The notes under the pieces: generated by a model | Databases searched by the model: none | Told to the model about the DNA's origin: nothing | Seen by the model: the letters and a program-made list of their open reading frames with translations, nothing else | Source: Bryobacterales bacterium | GTDB taxonomy: Bacteria > Acidobacteriota > Terriglobia > Bryobacterales > UBA6623 | Reading direction: 5' to 3' | Assembly: GCA_965261065.1 (NCBI GenBank) | Contig: OZ253444.1 | Location: 3,708,990 to 3,772,989 of the forward strand | Length of the DNA: 64,000 bases | Shown here: in pieces, positions 55,277 to 64,000 of the stretch | How the letters are laid out: each line of letters opens with the position of its first letter | Numbering within the stretch: position 1 is the stretch's first letter | Position numbers and translations under genes: made by a program

Positions 55277-55859
55277 CCGGCGCGAACCGAGGATGGAAGC
55301 GTTCTGGAAGGACAAGCGGGTGCTTGTGACCGGGGCCAACGGGTTCGTCGGAGCATGGGTAGCTAAAGCCCTGCTGCAGCGTGGGGCATTGGTAACGGCA
55401 TTAGTCCGCGATCGCGCACTCGGCGGACTGGGGCTACACGGGTTCGCGGACGAGGTGGTTTCCGTACAGGGCGACGTGACCGATGGGTTTTTGCTTGGAC
55501 GGATATTGAACGAGTATGAGATTGACACAGTGTTTCACCTCGCCGCGCAGTCGTTGGTTGCGATCGCTGCTAGGGGTCCGCTGTCGACCTTCGAATCGAA
55601 CATCCGCGGTACCTGGACAGTACTAGAGCAATGCCGGCTGACGGGCAACGTGAAGCGAATCATCGTCTCCACTTCGGATAAGGTATACGGCGACCAGGAA
55701 TCGGAAGGGGTAGCGGAGAATGCGCCGCTCATGGGCCTGTACCCGTACGACGCATCAAAGGTCTGTGCCGACGTGATCGCGCGGGCGTACGCAGTGTCAT
55801 TCGACCTGCCGGTGGCCGTGGTACGCTTCGCCAACATCTACGGCGGCGGTGATCTTAAC

Positions 55860-57524
55860 CCAGGATTTCCATTTTGGCACTGGCACGGCCACAGTATACA
55901 CCCGCTCCGCTCCGAACAGCACGTCCTTTCACGCTGAACCCTGCACATCACCTCTGCTGGTAGTCGCCAGAGCTGGTTCGACCGCTCACAGTCGTTGATT
56001 GAGCGGCTTGAACGGCGCTCCGGCCGACACTGCTCCTTGCGAAACCTTTTGGAGCCAAAAGCTGTTGATCCTCACTCCGGCAATGCTACCCACTCGGCAG
56101 CGGCAGCGCCCAGATCTTGTGCAGCATGTCGCCGAACAGCCGCCGGTTCAGATGTCCCTCCGCCAATAAGAGCCAGTAATACCGCGCGTGCTTGACCAGC
56201 CGACCGCCGGTCTTCATCAACCTGTGTTGCAAGCTCGTCAGCGACCAACTCTTGATTCGCTGCGGAAGCTCCAGCCGCCGCCAAAGATTGCCCAGGTTGT
56301 AGGCCAGCACGCTCAGTTGCAACCGCACTTCGTTGGCCCGAAATCGATGGCACGACAATCGCGTCCAGTGCGTCGCCTGCTTGCCTTCCTTGATCCACTG
56401 TTCCGCCGTGCCGCGCTTGTTGTAGAAGCGCACCACCGAGCGGCTCGGCAAGCTCATGCTCGTCACGATGAATCCGACGCGCGGGAACAGCTCGCCCTGG
56501 TGATGCTCGACCTTAGCGACGATCCGCCTCGCCTGCGACCAACTCTCCGCCTGATAGCGAAAACTCTTGTAGCGCACCAAGGGCTTGCGGGAAGGCCTTC
56601 CCGGCGGGCGAAACAGGATGTCTTCGATCTCCAGCTCCAAGCTCTTGTTGGCCGGAATGCGAATGGCGTACTGTACTCCGCGTTCCTCCGAAGCCTCATA
56701 AACTTCCGGCTTCGCAAAGGCCGCATCGCCCCGGAAGGCGACCTGCTTGCCCGCAGCCTGTTGGCGCTCGATCTCCGGCAACAAGAGCTCATCCCAGTCC
56801 TCGGCGCTGTGCACGTTGCCTGGACGCAGCTTGGCAGCGAGGCAATCACCATGACCGTTGAACAAAAGCAACGGGTGGTAGCAGACCGACTCGAAGTGTC
56901 CGTTGTAGGCACTGCCTTCCTGTTGGCCATGGACCGGACTCTCGGTGGAGTCCAGATCCAGAACGACCCGCTCGGCGTCGTCGAACGCTTCCGCTTGCCC
57001 GACCAGCTCTCGGTTCAGCGCCATCAGCCCCAGCAGGTTCTCTTCGCTCGCCAGCATCTCCGTCTCGAAGCCGTGCAGCGTCGAGGTCAAGGCCGCACCG
57101 CGATCCCAGATCTTCTGCGAACCGATCAGCCGAAACGTCGGATCGATCGAAACCCGCTCGGCGTCGTTGAGGTCCTCGTAGCCGGCGAGTCGGCTGTAAA
57201 CCGACTGCCGCAACAGATCAGCGAGCGTGAACTGCTTGTTTGTGCCTTGCCGGGAGTCGCTGAGATGCTCGTCAATCAGTTCTCCGAGACCGAGCCGTTC
57301 GTCCAGTTCGCGAACCAAAATCAGGCCACCGTCGGAAGTGACGTGCGATCCCTGGAAATCGACTTTGAGAAGTCCATTGAAACTTAGCTGGAATGGCTTG
57401 GTTTGTTTTTCACCCATTGGGTGTTGGCCTCCATGGCGTCCTCATCGGGCTCTAGCCCCTATGAATAAAGACGCTCAAGGCCGCTGGAAGGTCGGGATGT
57501 CAAACATCAAATTGAAAATGCGGG
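55860..57524 (-). mobile_element. IS1380-family insertion sequence, copy 2 (1665 bp)
   Basis: Same ends as copy 1. 5-bp TSD TTAAC at 55855-55859 and 57525-57529. Confidence 0.9.
56086..57417 (-). CDS. IS1380-family DDE transposase
   Basis: 443 aa, with one substitution relative to copy 1 in ORF translation (RRLELPQ). Confidence 0.88.
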   Translation of the reverse strand: MGEKQTKPFQLSFNGLLKVDFQGSHVTSDGGLILVRELDERLGLGELIDEHLSDSRQGTNKQFTLADLLRQSVYSRLAGYEDLNDAERVSIDPTFRLIGSQKIWDRGAALTSTLHGFETEMLASEENLLGLMALNRELVGQAEAFDDAERVVLDLDSTESPVHGQQEGSAYNGHFESVCYHPLLLFNGHGDCLAAKLRPGNVHSAEDWDELLLPEIERQQAAGKQVAFRGDAAFAKPEVYEASEERGVQYAIRIPANKSLELEIEDILFRPPGRPSRKPLVRYKSFRYQAESWSQARRIVAKVEHHQGELFPRVGFIVTSMSLPSRSVVRFYNKRGTAEQWIKEGKQATHWTRLSCHRFRANEVRLQLSVLAYNLGNLWRRLELPQRIKSWSLTSLQHRLMKTGGRLVKHARYYWLLLAEGHLNRRLFGDMLHKIWALPLPSG

Positions 57525-58359
57525 TTAACTACTCCCGTATCATTCCGTATGCGGTACGGAGCGTGTTGCTAGGACAGCCAGTACTGCTGCGGAGCGACGG
57601 GAGCCACCTGCGGGAGTACCTGTACGTGGGAGATGCAGTTTCGGCGTTCCTGGTGGCAGCATCGGGCTTGGATCGCGCCGAAGTCCGAGGTGGAGCATTC
57701 AATTTCGGCAGCGGGGAGGTGATAGACGCGCTAACGCTAGTTCGGCGGATTGCCAAGCTCGCCGGAAAGAATGGGCATCCTATCCAGACGGGCCAGGGAT
57801 CTGTGGCAGGCGAGATCCGGCGGCAGAGCCTGGACTCGAACAAGGCGGCGCGAGTTCTTGGATGGCATGCACGGGTACCCCTGGACAGTGGCCTACGAAC
57901 AACTATCGATTCGTATCGCCAGTATTTCGGAGCATGACCGAGTGGCCGCTGCAGCAACAGGCATACGACACGACTCCGCAGGCGAAGAGCTTTGGCGTTT
58001 GCGAAAGAACTTTGCGGACGACGCACTTTCCCTTGTCGTCTGGCTGGCCTTCGCGTGGGCGGTTTACACGTGGACCTTCCCGCTGACTGCACCAACATTT
58101 CCAGTACCGTATTTACTGTTCATTCTGTACTTCACCCGCCTACAGTTTCGTCTCCTCATGGTTCCGGTATGGGCCGCGAACACACTAAACCTGCTTTCGG
58201 AACGCCGAAAGATCCCATCAACTAATGGGTTGGGAGCCCCGCCGTTCCTCGTCTTCATTGCAGCCTACAAAGCTCAAGGGAGCATTGGCTCGGTGCTGGA
58301 AGCGCTGAAGCACCAAGACTATCCGGAGGACCGTTTTGAGGTGTACGTGGTTACTCAAG

Positions 58360-60026
58360 CCAGGATTTCCATTTTGGCCCTGGCACGGCCACAGTATACA
58401 CCCGCTCCGCTCCGAACAGCACGTCCTTTCACGCTGAACCCTGCACATCACCTCTGCTGGTAGTCGCCAGAGCTGGTTCGACCGCTCACAGTCGTTGATT
58501 GAGCGGCTTGAACGGCGCTCCGGCCGACACTGCTCCTTGCGAAACCTTTTGGAGCCAAAAGCTGTTGATCCTCACTCCGGCAATGCTACCCACTCGGCAG
58601 CGGCAGCGCCCAGATCTTGTGCAGCATGTCGCCGAACAGCCGCCGGTTCAGATGTGCCTCCGCCAATAAGAGCCAGTAATACCGCGCGTGCTTGACCAGC
58701 CGACCGCCGGTCTTCATCAACCTGTGTTGCAAGCTCGTCAGCGACCAACTCTTGATTCGCTGCGGAAGCCCCAGCCGCCGCCAAAGATTGCCCAGGTTGT
58801 AGGCCAGCACGCTCAGTTGCAACCGCACTTCGTTGGCCCGAAATCGATGGCACGACAATCGCGTCCAGTGCGTCGCCTGCTTGCCTTCCTTGATCCACTG
58901 TTCCGCCGTGCCGCGCTTGTTGTAGAAGCGCACCACCGAGCGGCTCGGCAAGCTCATGCTCGTCACGATGAATCCGACGCGCGGGAACAGCTCGCCCTGG
59001 TGATGCTCGACCTTAGCGACGATCCGCCTCGCCTGCGACCAACTCTCCGCCTGATAGCGAAAACTCTTGTAGCGCACCAAGGGCTTGCGGGAAGGCCTTC
59101 CCGGCGGGCGAAACAGGATGTCTTCGATCTCCAGCTCCAAGCTCTTGTTGGCCGGAATGCGAATGGCGTACTGTACTCCGCGTTCCTCCGAAGCCTCATA
59201 AACTTCCGGCTTCGCAAAGGCCGCATCGCCCCGGAAGGCGACCTGCTTGCCCGCAGCCTGTTGGCGCTCGATCTCCGGCAACAAGAGCTCATCCCAGTCC
59301 TCGGCGCTGTGCACGTTGCCTGGACGCAGCTTGGCAGCGAGGCAATCACCATGACCGTTGAACAAAAGCAACGGGTGGTAGCAGACCGACTCGAAGTGTC
59401 CGTTGTAGGCACTGCCTTCCTGTTGGCCATGGACCGGACTCTCGGTGGAGTCCAGATCCAGAACGACCCGCTCGGCGTCGTCGAACGCTTCCGCTTGCCC
59501 GACCAGCTCTCGGTTCAGCGCCATCAGCCCCAGCAGGTTCTCTTCGCTCGCCAGCATCTCCGTCTCGAAGCCGTGCAGCGTCGAGGTCAAGGCCGCACCG
59601 CGATCCCAGATCTTCTGCGAACCGATCAGCCGAAACGTCGGATCGATCGAAACCCGCTCGGCGTCGTTGAGGTCCTCGTAGCCGGCGAGTCGGCTGTAAA
59701 CCGACTGCCGCAACAGATCAGCGAGCGTGAACTGCTTGTTTGTGCCTTGCCGGGAGTCGCTGAGATGCTCGTCAATCAGTTCTCCGAGACCGAGCCGTTC
59801 GTCCAGTTCGCGAACCAAAATCAGGCCACCGTCGGAAGTGACGTGCGATCCCTGGAAATCGACTTTGAGAAGTCCATTGAAACTTAGCTGGAATGGCTTG
59901 GTTTGTTTTTTTCACCCATTGGGTGTTGGCCTCCATGGCGTCCTCATCGGGCTCTAGCCCCTATGAATAAAGACGCTCAAGGCCGCTGGAAGGTCGGGAT
60001 GTCAAACATCAAATTGAAAATGCGGG
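58360..60026 (-). mobile_element. IS1380-family insertion sequence, copy 3 (1667 bp)
   Basis: Same ends. 5-bp TSD TCAAG at 58355-58359 and 60027-60031. It is 2 nt longer because of T7 instead of T5 (plus strand) near 59905. Confidence 0.9.
58586..59919 (-). pseudogene. IS1380-family transposase, frameshifted near the N-terminus
   Basis: A5 to A7 in GGTGAAAAACAAACC disrupts codons 3-5. The remaining 410-aa ORF is otherwise near-identical to copies 1 and 2. Confidence 0.8.
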
Positions 60027-61850
60027 TCAAGAGGTCGAGAATACGGAGAAGTGGCAGAGGTACGAATGTGTCAAGGAAAGGATTGCGCTTGCTGTCGCCG
60101 GCCAGTGGGCCGAACAGGGAACTCCAGAAACCGAGATCCGTGTCCTGACAGAAATGCTGAAAAGAAGATGGATGCTCAAGCCGGATCCGGTCGTGGCACT
60201 GAGAGCGCTGGCCACAGCCTGCCTCTGTTTCGGAACGGGCAGGAGCAGAATAGCAGACCGGCTCGTCGAGGCGCTGATAGAGGAGTACTTCCAGCAGATT
60301 CATGAACGCAGAGATCCCCGAGACTTCCAGCAAGCATTGCGGCGCGCCGGCATCCAGCCAGCAGCGCGCCATCTCCGATGGCTGGAGTTCTGCGCTGAGG
60401 AATGCCTGGGGGCGGCGGACCGGGTTATCCAAGACTTCTCGCGTATCCTCAGGTTGCCTGCGGGCGTTACCCTCTTCCACGACCCGGCCAAGAGAGTGCG
60501 AACAGCATTGAGCCTTACCCGAGATCGCCCCGGTCTTGCCTACCGTTACTACTGCGTGCAGCGCGCGCTCAGAGGGCAGATGAGAGCATTCGTTTCAGCG
60601 GTAGAATCTGAACTAGGTGCCAATCTCCAGAGTGCGGTGCGGACGCGGGAATGGAACGAGCAGCTGAGGGCGGTTTATGACGCGTTGGAAGAAACTTGTC
60701 CGGAGGCAGTGGAGCGTACTGTGCGGAGAATTGGGCGACCTGGGTTTCACCACATTTGTCGAAAAAAGGTCGGGGGTGGCAAGCCGGAGTCTCTGAATAC
60801 AGCGTACTTTCACGTCCTCAAGGAGAATCCACTGGCCCTCGGAGAGCCAGGCCACGTCGTTGTGATTGATGCAGACTCTCTGCTACCCACTTCGTCACTG
60901 ACTGTCATGGCGGCAGAGATCCGAAATGACAGCGACCGAAACGTAATAAGACAGGTCGCTCCCCTCTCCACGTCGAATTACGCGGGAAACAACATCTTCG
61001 TGAAGATGATCAGCTGCCTAGACACGATCGGATCGATGGGTAAGTGGGCCAGGAACACCAGGACTCTCTCTCGAGTCGACCTTCCCGCCGGGTCAGGTCT
61101 CGTTATCCCAACAATGTTGCTGGAATACCTGAGACAGACGAAGGGAGCGCCATGGGAGGCGAGAACAATCACCGAAGACGCTCGTCTAGTGATCACGGAT
61201 TTTGGCCTGATGGACGGAGTGAGCCGGAAGACGAAATTTGTGCCGATCCACATGGTGGAGGCCGTGCCGTAGGCACAGAGCTTGTGGCAGGTATTCAAGC
61301 AGTACTGGGTGCAAAGGATGCGCTGGGCTAGTGGTGGACCGGATGAGGTTCTAGAAATCTTGAGGGCGTTCCGGGATGACAGGGTCTACGTGGAAAGCAA
61401 CAGGGATGACGGGGCCATTGTGTCACGGCGGCCCGGTTTGGCGCGACGGATTCAGATCCGCGGGCGCCAGCTTTGCTTATTGCTAAGCTGGCTCGGCGAC
61501 CACGTCTGGTGGGGTGCTGGATACGGGCTGGCACCCGTGGTGTGGTTCGCCTTCGCCTTTTTCCACATAACTCCCGTCCCCCTCAAGATGGTGGGTTTGT
61601 GTCTGCTGCTGGGAACACCAGCGTTGGTTATCTTCGGGCTGTTCAGGCGGTTTTCCTACTTTGTTCCGGACGGATTGAACCTGCCGGGCCTGTGTCGCCT
61701 TTACCTCGGCACGCTTGTATTCGCCTGGTTTCACACGTGGCCGATCATATACACGCACATTCTCTATCTCGTCGGACAGAAGGGCCGATTTCGGGTGTGG
61801 ACAACGACCGCGAAGCCTCGGTTCTGAGCGGTTGAGCGAGAGTTGAAGCC

Positions 61851-61925
61851 GGGGCAGTTCGGGGCAGTTCGGGGGGCAGTTCGGAAACTGGCAGTTCGGG
61901 GACAAAGCCCGAACTCGGTTCGGGG
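61851..61925 (+). repeat. R-family repeat R5 (intact: four decamer units plus hairpin)
   Basis: ggggcagttcggggcagttcggggggcagttcggaaactggcagttcggggacaaagcccgaactcggttcgggg. Confidence 0.8.
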
Positions 61926-61959
61926 TGGACGTTCGCGCGCGTGCTGGCATGAGGTCACC

Positions 61960-63563
61960 ATGGCGATCGACCACGATGCCACGACCAGAGAAGAGCTGCT
62001 CGAACTAGCAGCGCTACAGATCCGAACTTCCGTCCCGCCGACCTACCCCACCCGGTTCCGCGTTCTCGGCGATGCCGGCGAGTCCACCGAGGCAACCGTC
62101 GCTGTCTACTCGGAAGGAGGGCGCTTGGTCATCCCCGAGTCCGCCCTCGATTTCTCCGGGGGTGGGTTCCACTATACGGCCACCAAGTTCCGCAATCTCG
62201 TCAACGCGAAATACTGGCCCGGGGACCAAGGTTTCGACCGTGCCTTCTTCGTGCGAGGCGCTTTCGACGTGGACCTTCCGCCCGGCGAGTATCGCATCCT
62301 GGCCTCGAAGGGGCCGGAGTATGTTGCGGTGGACGATCGAGTCACTGTTGAAGATGCAGCCACTTCGCCCCACACCATTCGCCTCAAGCGATGGACCGAC
62401 ATGTCATCCCAGGGCTGGCACTCCGGCGACTGCCATATCCATTACGAACGCCTCGATCCCGCCGCTGACGAGCGCCTTCGTCTCTGGACGCAGGCGGAGG
62501 ACCTGCGCATGGGGAACATCCTCCGCATGGGAGATGCCCGGGAGACCTTCTTCGCGCAGCGTGCTTGGGGCAAGAAGGGGCGCGCCAACTGGCCTCGCCT
62601 GTCCCTCGTCCCCGGACAAGAGGACCCGCGCACCAGCGTTATCGGTCACACGATCAGCCTCAACCTGCCCCGGCCTATTCGCTTCGAACCGAGCTACTAC
62701 CTGTACGGCAAAGTCTTCGACGAAGTCCACCGTACCGGGGGCCTAACGGGGTACGCCCACGCTCATGACGGTCTCTTCTTGGTCGACCGCGATATGGCGA
62801 TCAGCATCGCGCGCGGCAAGGTCGACTTCGTCGAGATTTGCGAGTTTGGCAGGATCGGAGTCGACTTCTATTACGAGTTTCTCAACCTCGGCTTCCGTCT
62901 GACGGCTGCCGCGGGGAGCGACGTCCCCTGGGGTGCGCGCCAGGGAGCGACTGTCGGCGACTCGCGCGTCTACGCACACACCGGCGGCCCGTTCGACCCC
63001 GACGAGTGGTTCGGCGCGCTCAAGAACGGCCGCACCTTTGTGACCGTGGGGCCGATGCTCGAGTTCACGGTCGATGGCGAGCTACCTGGCGCGCGGATCA
63101 AGCGCGAAGCCGGAGACAAGCTGGCCATTCGGGCCAGAGGGCGGCCATCGGCGAGGCTCGCATCCCGTTCGAGCAACTCGAGATCGTCGCCAATGGCGAA
63201 GTCATCCACTCTTCCTCGCGCAAAGCGAAAGAGGGCACCATCGAACTGAACCTGCCGCTCGAACACGGCCTTTGGATCGCCGCGCGCACGATGAGCAACG
63301 GCCAAATCGGCGCTCACACTACGCCGATCTACGTCACGGTAGGTGACGACCCCCACTGGAACCGCGAGGAAGCGCCAAGGCTGGTCGAGAAACGGCTCAG
63401 AAGCCTGAACGAAGTCGAGCAACTCCTCGACACCGCCGGCGAGGGCATCGGCGACGGCCGCCAAGGCAACTGGGAGAATGCCACTGCTTTCCGCCAGGGA
63501 GCGGAGGAGCTGAGGTCGGCCATCAGCGAAGCCCGGCACGTCTACCGACAACTCATCCAGTAG
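61960..63563 (+). pseudogene. Metal-dependent hydrolase (PHP/CehA-McbA-like), frameshifted
   Basis: MAIDHDAT... with WHSGDCHIHYE and GYAHAHDG metal-ligand-like motifs. The reading frame switches near 63125-63150: ...GDKLAIRA in one frame, then AAIGEARIPFEQLEIVANGEVIHSS... to the stop at 63563 in another. Confidence 0.55.
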
Positions 63564-63801
63564 TTGATCGAACGGACGAGGTGGCGAAGTCCGCTGAAGT
63601 CGGGCTCTACAGTACCAACAAGAACCATGTTGGACGTTCGTTCTTGATGAAGCGCGTTCGCACGTAGGAATCGCACAATCCCGACGTGCCAAGGGCTCTG
63701 CCAACCTGCCTTCGGCGGGGGTCGCGGACGTGCGGCGAAGTGTGATAGAAAGAGTCCGCACGAGCATCGACTCATTGGTTTCTTACAGAACGGGAGAACT
63801 C

Positions 63802-64000
63802 ATGTCTGAGAAACGACCTGGAAACATCGCTGAGCGAACGCCACTCGCTGCAACACGCCGTGAACTCTTGCAGATAGGGAATGTGCTCGCTCTGCCGATG
63901 CTTTTCGGCGCCGCGAACGCCAAGGCGGCGCCGGGTCCGCTCACTCCCGGACCGGAGATCTACCAGTCCATCGGCGTGGAACCCGTCATCAACTGCCGCG
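63802..64000 (+). CDS. Second SelA-like PLP enzyme with Tat-like signal (5' partial; runs off the window)
   Basis: ATG after GGGAGA. MSEKRPGNIAERTPLAATRRELLQIGNVLALPMLFGAANAKA...IYQSIGVEPVINCR parallels NIYTRIGVKPLINAR of the 7246 gene. Confidence 0.6.
   Translation, partial: MSEKRPGNIAERTPLAATRRELLQIGNVLALPMLFGAANAKAAPGPLTPGPEIYQSIGVEPVINCR

Larger units (their letters stand above)
55293..57937 (+). pseudogene. NAD-dependent sugar epimerase/dehydratase (CDP-glucose 4,6-dehydratase-like), split by IS1380 copy 2
   Basis: VLVTGANGFVGAW Rossmann motif, STSDKVYG and YDASK. Removing 55860-57524 plus one TSD copy joins ...IYGGGDLN to YSRIIPYAVRSVL... in frame (~324 aa). Confidence 0.8.
57942..61827 (+). 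pseudogene. Family-2 glycosyltransferase (processive, cellulose/glucan-synthase-like), split by IS1380 copy 3 and carrying an in-frame TAG
   Basis: PPFLVFIAAYKAQGSIGSVLEALKHQDYPEDRFEVYVVTQ | IS | EVENTEKW... joins in frame. VVVIDADS, ITEDARL and QRMRWASGG motifs. TAG at 61270-61272 lies between ...MVEAVP and AQSLWQVFKQYWVQRMRW. The GTG start at 57942 is tentative. Confidence 0.72.

Overview
GC-rich bacterial chromosomal segment, roughly two-thirds G+C by eye. It is possibly Acidobacteria-like: one secreted protein ends in a domain I recall as the Solibacter-type TIGR03437 C-terminal domain, which is a weak taxonomic hint. Housekeeping genes present are larC, metG, tatD, a polyprenyl synthase, lysC, bcp, cysK with an Rrf2 regulator, and an M28 peptidase.

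These are interleaved with a heavy insertion-sequence load. I count 12 IS copies from 6 families: 2x IS1595, 3x ISNCY/IS1202-like, 1x IS110/IS1111-like, 1x IS481, 2x IS3 and 3x IS1380. By my boundary calls this is about 17.7 kb, or about 28% of the window. Most boundaries are supported by terminal inverted repeats and target-site duplications (TSDs) read directly from the sequence.

Five genes are split by IS insertions, and each can be rejoined in frame. Three more genes carry single in-frame stop codons (one TGA, two TAG). Two carry frameshifts.

Swapped 3-bp flanks on the two inverted IS3 copies indicate an IS3-mediated inversion of the DNA between them.

The most unusual gene is a single 1,075-codon ORF combining TIR, near-identical WD40 repeats, a Roc GTPase, a COR-like region, a zinc ribbon and a DUF4365 (restriction-endonuclease-like) domain. 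This is a candidate NTPase-switch conflict or abortive-infection protein. An in-frame TAG splits its last domain. Directly upstream lies a 645-bp foldback element.

Several uncharacterised non-coding repeat families are present:
- a ~290-bp module with 20-bp terminal direct repeats and an AT-rich promoter-like core;
- a GGCAGTTCGG decamer array plus hairpin family, used twice as an IS3 target;
- a REP-like AACCGAGCCGTGACCGT family.

No rRNA, tRNA or CRISPR array was recognised. All family names come from motif recognition by eye; no searches were run.
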